Below, one piece after another: positions 12,217 through 21,717 of a DNA stretch of 64,000 nt (the first letter of the stretch is position 1; every line of letters starts with the position of its first letter). A program made the position numbers and the translations under genes. Source of the DNA: Thecamonas trahens ATCC 50062 (taxonomy: Eukaryota > Protista > Apusomonadida). The notes under the pieces are model-generated. The model saw only the letters and a program-made list of their open reading frames with translations, did no database searches and was not told where the DNA came from. Location: contig NW_013657642.1 in the NCBI RefSeq assembly GCF_000142905.1, positions 65,688 through 129,687 on the forward strand, read 5' to 3'.

Positions 12217-14466
12217 TCAATCAATGGTCGACGAGACGGTGACTGCGGGTGGCGCCGGCTCTGGCTGACCGTCGGCGGCGTCGGCGTCGGTGGCACGAGA
12301 TGGAGCGGCGGCTTTGGCGGCGTCGGTATCGACATTAGCCGTAGGAGGAGTGTCCGCGGCTGCCGCGCCCTTGCGGCGGCGACGGCGCTTCGACCCCTTG
12401 GTCCCGGCCTTCCCTGCCTTGCTCCCCGCCTTGCTCCCCGGGCTGCGCTTGGGTTTGGGCTTGCCGCCCGCCGAGCTGCGCTTGGTCTTGGACCTGGTCT
12501 TGGGCTTGCCACCGGCAGCAGAGCGCTTGGCCTTTGTCCGACGCTTCTTCTTGGGGCGCGGACCGGCAGCGTCGGCGGCGGCGGCGACGGCGGCGGCGGC
12601 TGGGCCCGAGTCGGTGAGGGTGGCAAGTAGCTGCTCCTGGTACTGCTGCTCCTTGACAGCAAGGCGGAGCTCGGCCTGCTCCTGGGCAAGGACGGCGCGC
12701 CACTCTTCGAGCTGCTCCTCAGAGTCGGCAGCGATGGCGTCGAGCTCGCGGCGGCACTTGTTGATCTTCTTGTCGAGCTTGACGCACGCGTCCTTTTCGC
12801 GCACGAGCCGCGACGTGATGTTGCGGTACCGGGTGTCCTTCTCCAGCTTCTTCTGGTTGATAGCCGAGGTCTTGGTGCGGACGTCGAGCTCGGCGGCCTC
12901 GCGCTCGGCAACCTTGTTGCGGACAGCGAGCTCGAGGTCTGCGATGTGCGCCTCCTGAGCAGCCTGCATGCGGTCGTACTGAGTGCGAAGGAGGGCCACG
13001 TCCGAGGCGGCGGCATCTCGGGCCTTGCCCTCGTCGGCCAGCTCTTCGAGCGTGTCCCACAGCCGCTCCTCCTCCGACTGGAGGGCGTGGATGCGCGAGG
13101 TGAAGCGGTCGACGGTGTGCGCCTTGTAGCGGGCCCGGTTCTCCTCAAGCGCGCGGCGGATCTCGGCAAACGACTTGTAGTCAAAGTCGTTGAGGTTGAC
13201 GTCAAAGGTGAGAAGAGCCGAGTTGAACTTGACGGCTCGCGCCAACTCCTCGCCCGCGGGGTCGTAGAGAAAGTTGCACTTGAGCGAAAGGAACTGCAGG
13301 CGGGTGTTGTTGCGGATGGCGGCAGCAAATGCCTTGCCACCAGGATCAGTGATTGAGTTGTAGCCGACGTCGAGGTGGACGAGCGAGGTATTGGTCTTGA
13401 GCGCGGTCGCCAGCGCCCGCGCGCCGTCGTCGGCGAGCTGGTTGTGCGAGAGCGTGAGCTTGGTCATGGTTGTGTTGCGCCGGATGAGATCGCCAAGTGC
13501 GTGCGCGGCCTCAGGTCCGATGCTGTTGTCAGCCAACAGCAGCGAGCGGAGCTTGGCGTTGCGCTGCGCGGCCTGGGCGATCTTGGTCGCGCCTGCCGCC
13601 CCGAGCCGGTTGTGCTCGAGGTTGAGCGCGGTGAGCGAGCCGTTGTTCTCCACAGCCTCGCCCAGCGCCCGTCCGCCATACTCGCCGATGTTGTTCGACG
13701 AAAGGTCTAGGTCAGTGATGTTGTACGAGACCGAGATGTAGTCGGCGAGCGCCACCGCGCCGGTATCGCCGATGTCGTTCCGCTCGAGATGCAGGAGCGA
13801 GAGGACCGAGTCGCCGTCGCGGAGCGTGGCCGACAGCGCACTCGCGCCGTCCTTGCCGATGTTGTTCGAGCCGAGCTCAAGCTGCGCCAGCGACGAGTTG
13901 AGCGCCAGGCCGTCGGCCAGGGCGGCGACACCTTCGGGCCCGAGCCCGTTCTCCCGCAGCGAGATGCGATGAAGGACCCGGTTCGACCGCAGCGTCTGGC
14001 CAGCCATGCGTGCGCCCTTGATGCCGATGTGGTTCCGGTTCACACCCGAGACGCCGGACAAGTCGAGCGTGGTCACGGTGGCGTTGTGCAGCAGAGCGTC
14101 AAAGATGGCCACGCCGCCGGCCGGACCGATGTCGTTGGACCTCAGATCAACGACCACCAGACCGGTGTTCGACCTCAGCATCTCGGCCAGAGCCTTTGCG
14201 CCGTCATCCTGAACAATGTTGCCCGACAAGTCAAGTCGATAAAACTGGCTGTCGTACAGCAGCGCAGCAGCCACCGCCGCAGCTCCGTTCATGCCCAGAC
14301 CCGAGTTGGCCAAGGAGAAGACGCCGTTGGCACATCGCTTGCGGAGGACGGCCGTGAACCGCGCCTCACGCGCCGCAGACGGCGCAAGCTGAAGGTCGTC
14401 TGCCTTGGCGAGGTAAATATCACGTGCGTCTTCTGCAGAGAGGCTTCCCCCACCTGCTGTCGACAT
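12217..14466 (-). CDS. RI-like leucine-rich repeat protein with C-terminal coiled coil and basic tail
   Basis: About 13 28-aa repeats (LxxLxLxxNxIGxxGAxALAxAL), then heptad-rich and Lys-rich segments. Confidence 0.85.
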   Translation of the reverse strand: MSTAGGGSLSAEDARDIYLAKADDLQLAPSAAREARFTAVLRKRCANGVFSLANSGLGMNGAAAVAAALLYDSQFYRLDLSGNIVQDDGAKALAEMLRSNTGLVVVDLRSNDIGPAGGVAIFDALLHNATVTTLDLSGVSGVNRNHIGIKGARMAGQTLRSNRVLHRISLRENGLGPEGVAALADGLALNSSLAQLELGSNNIGKDGASALSATLRDGDSVLSLLHLERNDIGDTGAVALADYISVSYNITDLDLSSNNIGEYGGRALGEAVENNGSLTALNLEHNRLGAAGATKIAQAAQRNAKLRSLLLADNSIGPEAAHALGDLIRRNTTMTKLTLSHNQLADDGARALATALKTNTSLVHLDVGYNSITDPGGKAFAAAIRNNTRLQFLSLKCNFLYDPAGEELARAVKFNSALLTFDVNLNDFDYKSFAEIRRALEENRARYKAHTVDRFTSRIHALQSEEERLWDTLEELADEGKARDAAASDVALLRTQYDRMQAAQEAHIADLELAVRNKVAEREAAELDVRTKTSAINQKKLEKDTRYRNITSRLVREKDACVKLDKKINKCRRELDAIAADSEEQLEEWRAVLAQEQAELRLAVKEQQYQEQLLATLTDSGPAAAAVAAAADAAGPRPKKKRRTKAKRSAAGGKPKTRSKTKRSSAGGKPKPKRSPGSKAGSKAGKAGTKGSKRRRRRKGAAAADTPPTANVDTDAAKAAAPSRATDADAADGQPEPAPPAVTVSSTID

Positions 14467-14934
14467 GGTGCGGGGTGGGGAGGGGGAGGGGGGGTGGGGG
14501 GGGTGGGGGGGTGAGGGGTGGGGTGTGGCACCATGCGGTGGCTAACGAATAATGAATGGGGGACAATGGTTGAATGGCGGTGAGAAGGAATTGGGTCAGC
14601 TGAGAAGGAATGGGCTGTTGGTGGCAGCCTCGGCTGTAGGTCTGGCCAGACCAGCTCCTCGGCCATTCTGTCAACAATAATGTCAGTCGTTGGTCGTGTA
14701 GCCATGCATCGCCCCCCCGATAGACCAGCGAAGCGCAACCTTGTGGTCCACGATCGGTTCACTTGCAGTGGCTGGACTCTCTCAGAGTCTGGGACGGGGA
14801 CAGTGTCCGATGGCCATCAGTTGGAGTTGGGTCGTGAGGTTGGTTGGTGAGGATGATCGGCTGGTGGTCATGGCTTGGCCCTTCGACCATCAACTGACTG
14901 TGGTGGTTGGCTGCCTGTGAGTTAGGCTTTGCCA

Positions 14935-15367
14935 GCTGATCGGTCACCTGATCGGCCAGCTGATCGGTCACCTGATCCCCCCCCCATCGGTCGCCTTGCC
15001 GGTCTGCTGGGCGGCCAGCTGGTCGGTCACCTGATCCCCCCCCCCCCCCCCATCGGTCGTCTTGCCGGTCTGCTGGTCGGTCACCTGATCGGTCACCTGA
15101 TCGGTCACCTGATCGGTCACCTGATCGGTCGCCTGGACGGTCGCCTGATCGGTCACCTGATCCCCCCCCATCGGTCGCCTTGCCGGTCTGCTGATCGGCC
15201 AGCTGGTCGGTTGCCTGATCGGTCACCTGATCGGTCGCCTGGTCGGTCACCTGATCGGTCGCCTGATCGGTCGCCTGGTCGGTCACCTGGTCGGTCACCT
15301 GGTCGGTCACCTGGTCGGTCGCCTGATCGGTCGCCTGATCGGTCGCCTGATCGGTCGCCTGGTCGGT
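14935..15367. repeat. 12-bp minisatellite (GGTCRCCTGRTC)n with a higher-order unit containing a poly-C tract and ATCGGTCGCCTTGCCGGTCTGCTG
   Basis: Directly visible tandem copies; the longer spacer motif recurs three times (about 14985, 15052, 15170). Confidence 0.95.
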
Positions 15368-15474
15368 CCCTCTATCGGTCGCCTCGTCAGCCGGCTGGGC
15401 GGCCGGCTGGGCGGCACTTGGCGCGCACGGCGAAGGGGCACACACGACTCACCCACACCCCCATACACACACGC

Positions 15475-18400
15475 ATGGAAAGGCACGCGGCACTCATTGC
15501 CGCCACCCGTGGCGATGGTGCGTTTTCTGTTCCTGCGCTGGACGCTGTTGTCCGCGACCTGTTCGAGCCGTCGGCGGCCGAGCCCGAGCTGGCTGCCTCG
15601 GCCAACCAGGCACTGCTGGCCTTCCAGGCCTGGCCGGGCGCATGGCAGACTGTGCCGGACATTGTCGACTCGACCGAGTACAGCCCAACTCGGGCCATTG
15701 CTCTTGCTCTCCTTGACGATGCCATCGCCAACCCGCTCTTTGCCCGCCTCGTCCCGCTCCATCAGTGGGAGGCCATCGCCTCGTGGCTCACCGCCTTTCT
15801 CGCCGCTGCCGTCGCTGCCGCTGATGGCGCAAAGGCGGCCGCTGCAGACGCCACGCGCGCTGCGCTTGCTGCAGACACTGCAGGCTCGGATCCGGCCGGG
15901 GAAGCTGCCGACGCCGCCGACGATGCCCGCGATGCCGCTGCTGAGACCTCTGCCCTGGCCGCCAAGGCTGCTTCCATGGTCGTCACCCTCGCCGTCAACA
16001 AGCTCTGGCCGGCGCACTGGCCGGGCCTGGTCACCGAGCTGGTCCAAGGCGCCGCATCCTCGCGCCTTGCTGCAGTCACCAATCTTGGCATTCTTGCCGA
16101 TCTCGCCTCCGCCGTCGTCGCTGTCCTCGCTCCGGGCTCAGCGCGCATCGGCTCTAAGGCTGCCCCGCCCGTCGTCAACGCCGACCGTCGCGCCGCGCTT
16201 GCCCACCAGCTTGAGCTCGACTTTCCGGTCATTGTCCATCTCGCCATCGAGGCCGCCGCCACGCCCGACGACGAGCTCTCGCTCGCTGCCCTCGCTGCCC
16301 TTGCCTCGTTTGCAGAGTGGATGCCGCCTGCGCTCGCCCTCTCCAGCCAGCTGTTGGACACCCTCATGTCGGCTGCCGCCTGCCCTACACCCCAGCTGGC
16401 CGCTGCCGCTGCGGCCTCGGCCTCGCGCCGTGGCCTCCGGCACGCCTGGCTTGCCCTCGTCGCTCTCGCGCGTCTTGGCGATGCCACCGCAAAGCGTGCG
16501 GCGCAAACCGAGACCGACATTACCCTCGTTCGCGCCGCCTCCGACGGCCTTGAGCCCGAGCTCCAGCCAGCGCTGGTCGAAGCGCTGCTTGCTGCCGTCG
16601 CCAAGGCCCTCCCGCCGGCGGCCGATCTGCCGCAGTGGGTCGAGGCTGCGCCGGCTGTGGTCGTCCACATGGCGAGCCTTGCATCGGCCTTTATTGTGCG
16701 CACCACAGAGTTTGTCGCCGACGCTGCCAGCTGTGACGCAATTGCTCAGCGAGTCACCGCCGTCCACGGCTCGGCTGACGTCCTCACCGATGCCCTTGTC
16801 GCTGCCGCCACGTTCCTGGCTGCTGCCGTCACCGCCGGTCTCACCCTCCTCCGCGACGCGGCCGCCGCTAGCCTCGACGACGACGACACCGCCGCCGTCG
16901 GCTCGCTCGTTGTCGAGGCCGCCGCTGGCCTGCCTCCCGCCATCGCCGGCTGTGCTCCGCTCGGCCTCGACTCGCTGCTCCCGAACCCGCCCGCAGGCCG
17001 CCTCCTTACCGCACTCCTCACCGCTGCGCCGCAGCCCGACGGACCAGCGCTTGCGCCGCCTGCTTCGCACGCAGAGTCGTGGACCCTCCTCTCGCCACCG
17101 CTCTCGGGGAGCTACGAGCTCTCGCTTGCGCCAGCTGTAGCCTCGGTAACGATGGCGCTCGCAGAGAGCCGCAACACCGGCGAGGTGCTTGCGGCAGCGT
17201 CGGTGGCCATAGGCTCTGGCGAGCCGGACGCGGTTGTCCGGCTCGCGTGGGCCTTCACCTCGCTCGCCCCATCGGCGCCGTCGTCGGCTCTTGCCGCCCT
17301 CCTCGGTGTCCTCGCCCAGCTCGAGTGTCCGCCGCTGGACTCGGACTCGCACGCGCGGGTTTACTTTCTCGCCTCGCTCCTTCCAGCGTGGTGCGTCGCG
17401 AGCGAGAGCCTCGGTGCCCCGGGTACGGTAGCTGTCGAGCTTGCTCACTTTGCCACTGATGCGGCGTCATCGGCAGGTGCGGCAGGCCTCGCGCCGCTGA
17501 TTCGCATCGTCGCCTCTGCCGCCGCCAAGCTCAGCCACATCTCGTTCGACGCCGCCAGCCCGGTCCTCGTCGAGGCTTGGCTAACCCTAGCAGGCGCGCT
17601 GGTCCCCGCCACGGCGTCGTGGCCGCCACCCCAGGGCGCGCACATACTGCGCGACGCCTACTTTGACATTGTCGCTGCACTTTGTCGCGCCGCAAGCGAC
17701 GCCGGCGCCGACGAGGTCCGCGACGAGTTTCTAGCCGCCATCGACCACATGCTCCTTCAGCCCATCGATGTTGACGCGCTCACGGCCGCCCTCGCCGACC
17801 GCGAGCTCCCGGGCGTGCTCTCGGCTGTCATGCACCTCGCCGAGCTACATGCAGTGCTGGCGCGCGCGCTCGGCATCCACTACGCCGCGCTCTTTGAAGC
17901 CTACGCCGCTCCACTCACCAACCTCGCCCTCGGCCTCCACGGCCGGGTCGTCGACGCCGCTGCCTCCGGCTCGGTCGACGAAGCCATCGGCTCGGTCATG
18001 GCAGTTCGCTCGCTGCTCCGTGGCCTTGATGCAGGCCTCCGCGTAGTGCCGGCTGGCTTGCTCGCCTCGCCAGACCTGGTCTGGGGCGTGCTCGGCGAGC
18101 TGGTCGCCGTCTTTGCCGACGCCCCGGTCAACGCGCTTCTGCCCGAGCTCCTTGCGCCGATCGCCGCCATTGTCACCCGTGCCGGCGACTCACTCACACC
18201 CGACATGGTGTCCGCTGTTGCCGAGGGTGTCCTCGCCCGCGGCGCGATCCTCATTGGCGAAGACACCAGCTCGCTCCCAGAGCTCCGTCTGCCGCTCTTT
18301 GAGCTCGCTGGTAAGCTTCTGGCTGGCTGCATGGCCGCTCTCGACGATGGCGGCGTAGCCGCCGGCATCGAGCTCGGCCTCTGGGCCACCCGGCACGCTC

Positions 18401-18918
18401 ACCAGCCAGCGCTGATCAAGGTTGGTCTCAAAGGGCTCGCCTCGGGCGTCCGCGCCCTCGCTGGAGACAACGGTGAGGGCATCGGCTCGGAGCGCATGCT
18501 CGCGTTTGCGCAGGCGTTCTGGGATAGGTTGTGGAACGATGGGCTCGTCGTCGTATTTAACGCGCGTAACAGGAGCGAGCTCGCCGCGGCGCTCCCGCTC
18601 CTCGACACGCTCCTTGCTGTCGCCGGCACCGTCGGCTCGGATTGGCCGGCGGTGTCGGCGACTCCGGAGGCCACCAAGCTCGCCGAAGCGCGAACTCTCC
18701 CCGCGGCTGCCGAAGACGGCGCGCTGGTGGACGGCTCGCTCGCCCGCCACATGTATGCCGGCGCCGTCGAGCTTGTGGCATCAACCTTTGACTACCTCGG
18801 CGACGAGGACATGGCGACTGTCGGTCAGCTCGCGCTCGCACTCTTTGACGCCGACACGGCGCTAGAGACTACGCTGCGAGCGCTGCACGAGGGCGTCAAG
18901 CTCAAAGCGCTTGCGTGA
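15475..18918 (+). CDS. Highly divergent exportin-1 (CRM1/XPO1)-like HEAT-repeat protein
   Basis: N-terminus resembles CRM1 (LDAVVRDLF...ANQALLAFQAWPGAWQTVPDIVD; LWPAHWPGLVTELVQGAASS...NLGILADL). LPELRLPLFEL resembles the CRM1 C-terminal YPEHRxxFFxLL. The ORF upstream of 15475 is only translated minisatellite. Confidence 0.7.
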   Translation: MERHAALIAATRGDGAFSVPALDAVVRDLFEPSAAEPELAASANQALLAFQAWPGAWQTVPDIVDSTEYSPTRAIALALLDDAIANPLFARLVPLHQWEAIASWLTAFLAAAVAAADGAKAAAADATRAALAADTAGSDPAGEAADAADDARDAAAETSALAAKAASMVVTLAVNKLWPAHWPGLVTELVQGAASSRLAAVTNLGILADLASAVVAVLAPGSARIGSKAAPPVVNADRRAALAHQLELDFPVIVHLAIEAAATPDDELSLAALAALASFAEWMPPALALSSQLLDTLMSAAACPTPQLAAAAAASASRRGLRHAWLALVALARLGDATAKRAAQTETDITLVRAASDGLEPELQPALVEALLAAVAKALPPAADLPQWVEAAPAVVVHMASLASAFIVRTTEFVADAASCDAIAQRVTAVHGSADVLTDALVAAATFLAAAVTAGLTLLRDAAAASLDDDDTAAVGSLVVEAAAGLPPAIAGCAPLGLDSLLPNPPAGRLLTALLTAAPQPDGPALAPPASHAESWTLLSPPLSGSYELSLAPAVASVTMALAESRNTGEVLAAASVAIGSGEPDAVVRLAWAFTSLAPSAPSSALAALLGVLAQLECPPLDSDSHARVYFLASLLPAWCVASESLGAPGTVAVELAHFATDAASSAGAAGLAPLIRIVASAAAKLSHISFDAASPVLVEAWLTLAGALVPATASWPPPQGAHILRDAYFDIVAALCRAASDAGADEVRDEFLAAIDHMLLQPIDVDALTAALADRELPGVLSAVMHLAELHAVLARALGIHYAALFEAYAAPLTNLALGLHGRVVDAAASGSVDEAIGSVMAVRSLLRGLDAGLRVVPAGLLASPDLVWGVLGELVAVFADAPVNALLPELLAPIAAIVTRAGDSLTPDMVSAVAEGVLARGAILIGEDTSSLPELRLPLFELAGKLLAGCMAALDDGGVAAGIELGLWATRHAHQPALIKVGLKGLASGVRALAGDNGEGIGSERMLAFAQAFWDRLWNDGLVVVFNARNRSELAAALPLLDTLLAVAGTVGSDWPAVSATPEATKLAEARTLPAAAEDGALVDGSLARHMYAGAVELVASTFDYLGDEDMATVGQLALALFDADTALETTLRALHEGVKLKALA

Positions 18919-18924
18919 GGTGCG

Positions 18925-21489
18925 TTACGACGAAATCGATGAGTCTGAGACAGAGTCGTAGGTGTAGTACGCCTCGATGCCCGAGTCCTCGTCCGAGGCC
19001 GCAGCGGGGACAAGCGCACCAGCGCGCCGCAGACGGGTCTCGTTGTGCTCGCCGTAGCGTGGGCCGCGCCAGAGCGGAAGGACCTGATGGCCCTTGTGCG
19101 AGCGGAACTGCCTGCGGAAGACGCCGTCGGCACCCGAGTCCGAGGTAAATGATGAGTACGACGACTTGTCGGCCGGAGACTGGAAGATCTCGGCCGTGGT
19201 GTCGTCGAGGACGCCAAGAAGAGTGGCAAAGAACGCGAGGCCGACCATGATGTACAGGCAGACAAAGATCTTGGACGGCGTCGAGTTGGGCACAATCTCG
19301 CCGTAGCCAATGGTCGAGAGAGTGACTACCGAAAAGTATACCGCAGTCCCATACTCACCCGACTGCTGGATCGGTGGATCCTGCAGCTCCATGAAGATGG
19401 CGGCACCAACAAGATTGAGGATGACAAAGGCGAGCGTCATGACCAGAACCTTGGTGGCAAGCCGCGCGACCTTGCGCCGCCACACTGCCCGCACCGCGGC
19501 CTTTTCCTCGTCCTCGGCCCGCTGGATGGCACGGATGGCGGCGATGGCGCCGGCAGCCGCCTTGCTGGACTTAAATCTTGGCGCCGCGGCGCTCGATCCA
19601 CTCTCACCCGCTTCCCCGCTTTCCGATGTCGGCGTAAAGCCTGACGCCGACGACAGACACGGGCTTCTCGAGCCCGAGTCAGAGTACGATTCGTGCTGCT
19701 CGTCATAGGTAGAATCGGGCGGGGCCTCCGAGTCGGCGACCTTGAGCGAGCGCTCAAAGTCGCGGATGCGGGCGTCGCGCTTCTCCTGCAGCTCAAACTG
19801 GGCCTCGTCGACCTTGGACTTGGAGATGATGGCGATGGTAATGGAGACAATGAAGGTGCCGAGGACCGAGTAAACAATGACAAAGCCCTTGGTCCCGTCG
19901 TTGGTCGGCACAAAGTCGCCGTAGCCGACTTGCGAGAGGGTGATGAAGCAAAAGTACACGCCGTCACCCCAGGTCCACTCAGGCTCGTTGAGGTAAATGA
20001 GCGAGCCGAGGAGGACTGAGACGGCGAGGACGGCGACGGCGGCCATCATGTGGCGAAAGAATATGCCCGATGGGCCATACCAACACGCGCAGCACGGCCG
20101 TGAAGCGGCGCGGTTGTTGGCCGCGTCGATGTCGTCCTGGGTCAGCTTGCCGTGCAGCGCGTCGGCCGACGTCACGTACGAGGCTGCCGTCCGGGTGAGG
20201 ATGGCGTTGGAGACGACGCCGATGGCGTAACCGCGCGCGGCAAGGCCAAGAACGGTAAAGGGGATGAAGAGTAGCCGCGAGTTGTCCTTGGTGGGTGCAA
20301 AGTCGCCAAAGCCAACGGCGTTGACGGTGACAAACGCCCAATAGATGCCGTCAAAGTAGCGCCAGTCCTCGATGAAAGAAAAGATGGCGCCGCCGATGAG
20401 GACCGAAGCTGCCGAGAAGAGGACTGCCATGGTCGGCTCGAGCGCGTTGGAGACGAGTGAAGAGAGCAGTTGGCGGCCGGCATAATCGTCCATGACCGGC
20501 AAGTTGACCGCGCCGATGACCACGACCTCGATGCACGAGGTGCCCGGTAGGCAGCGGGCCGAGAGGTGAAGGGTGGGCGGTCCGGTAGTGAGCGGCTCGA
20601 TGTCATCATCAAGCACAATGCGAGCCTCAAAGTCGCGCCACTCGGGCGCAACGTCGGCGACGGCGAGAAAGGCAAAGCCGATGCGGTCGTCGGCGTTGGC
20701 CACGTCGTAGTCGAGCACTTCAAACTCAAGGATCAGCCCCGCATCGTCAAAGGCTGGTGCCGCCTCGTGCTGCTGGACGGCTAGAGCGTCGGTGTCGACG
20801 ACCCACACCTGATTCCACAGCGGATGGAGCGAGCGCGGGACGACGGGTGTTTTGTATGCGTGGCGGGCGCAGGGCGAGCACCACTCGAACCGCGGCAGGC
20901 AGCACGGGCCACCAGGCATGGCACAGCCATTGCGGCCTGCACATGCCACAGGCTCGTTCCGCAGCTGGACATAAGGATCGGCGGTGCCTGCCTCGGCGAG
21001 GCGGGCAACAACATTGTTGACGCGACGAGCAGAGGCATCGGCAATGATGGTGATGAGTAGCGAGAGAATAGCCAGGCCAAGCATGCCTACAAAGACGACT
21101 GTGGCCTGGCCACCAGCAGAGGTGGGGAAGATATCACCGTAGCCAACCGTGGTAAGTGTGGCCCAGGTAAAGTAGATGGCATCGAGAGTGGAGAGGTCCT
21201 CAAAGTTGGCGACGAGTGCGGCGGCAATGACGACGACAGCGACGAGTGTGACGACAAAGATGATACGCTTGCGGTAGAAGGGTGTATGACGAGCATCATG
21301 ATGGCGATGTACACCATGGATGTGTCTGTGATGGAAGTGGAACTCTCCATCAGCATCCACATACTCATCGTAGGCTGACGAGTACGAGCACGAGAACGAC
21401 GACACTCCGCCCAGCCTGCTCTGCTGTCGGCTCTTGTGACCGCCCTGCATCAGCGCCTTGGCTGCTCCGTAGTTCTGGTACCACGCCAT
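18925..21489 (-). CDS. Potassium channel with four tandem TM-pore-TM domains and a permuted C2 domain
   Basis: Four filter motifs (TTVGYGD, NAVGFGD, SQVGYGD, STIGYGE), each flanked by TM helices. C2 motifs lie between pores 1 and 2. ATG at 21489. Confidence 0.9.
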   Translation of the reverse strand: MAWYQNYGAAKALMQGGHKSRQQSRLGGVSSFSCSYSSAYDEYVDADGEFHFHHRHIHGVHRHHDARHTPFYRKRIIFVVTLVAVVVIAAALVANFEDLSTLDAIYFTWATLTTVGYGDIFPTSAGGQATVVFVGMLGLAILSLLITIIADASARRVNNVVARLAEAGTADPYVQLRNEPVACAGRNGCAMPGGPCCLPRFEWCSPCARHAYKTPVVPRSLHPLWNQVWVVDTDALAVQQHEAAPAFDDAGLILEFEVLDYDVANADDRIGFAFLAVADVAPEWRDFEARIVLDDDIEPLTTGPPTLHLSARCLPGTSCIEVVVIGAVNLPVMDDYAGRQLLSSLVSNALEPTMAVLFSAASVLIGGAIFSFIEDWRYFDGIYWAFVTVNAVGFGDFAPTKDNSRLLFIPFTVLGLAARGYAIGVVSNAILTRTAASYVTSADALHGKLTQDDIDAANNRAASRPCCACWYGPSGIFFRHMMAAVAVLAVSVLLGSLIYLNEPEWTWGDGVYFCFITLSQVGYGDFVPTNDGTKGFVIVYSVLGTFIVSITIAIISKSKVDEAQFELQEKRDARIRDFERSLKVADSEAPPDSTYDEQHESYSDSGSRSPCLSSASGFTPTSESGEAGESGSSAAAPRFKSSKAAAGAIAAIRAIQRAEDEEKAAVRAVWRRKVARLATKVLVMTLAFVILNLVGAAIFMELQDPPIQQSGEYGTAVYFSVVTLSTIGYGEIVPNSTPSKIFVCLYIMVGLAFFATLLGVLDDTTAEIFQSPADKSSYSSFTSDSGADGVFRRQFRSHKGHQVLPLWRGPRYGEHNETRLRRAGALVPAAASDEDSGIEAYYTYDSVSDSSISS

Positions 21490-21717
21490 GGTGGTGGTGG
21501 GGTGGGTAAGGTGGGTGTGGGTGGGTGTGGGTGGGTGGGGGTAGCCCCGGAGGGGGGGGGGGGGGGGCGGACAAGCGACGATGGTGTCTGTCTGGCAAAG
21601 TGCCAAGTGCCGATCCCGTCCCAGCCGTCCGTTGCCTGGCAGCCCACAACCACAGCCTCCTCCTCCCCCTTCTATACAACATACCATCTGACTCTGCAGT
21701 AGGTGGCCTCTACGAGC

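Noticed and set aside
14935-15367. CRISPR-like repeat array
   Set aside because: The units are contiguous 12-mers without unique spacers, there are no cas genes and the context is eukaryotic; it is a minisatellite.
14759-15445. 228-aa ORF with DQAT/DQVT repeats, and the 182-aa N-terminal extension of the 1329-aa ORF
   Set aside because: Both are translations of the minisatellite; CRM1-like similarity begins only at ATG 15475.
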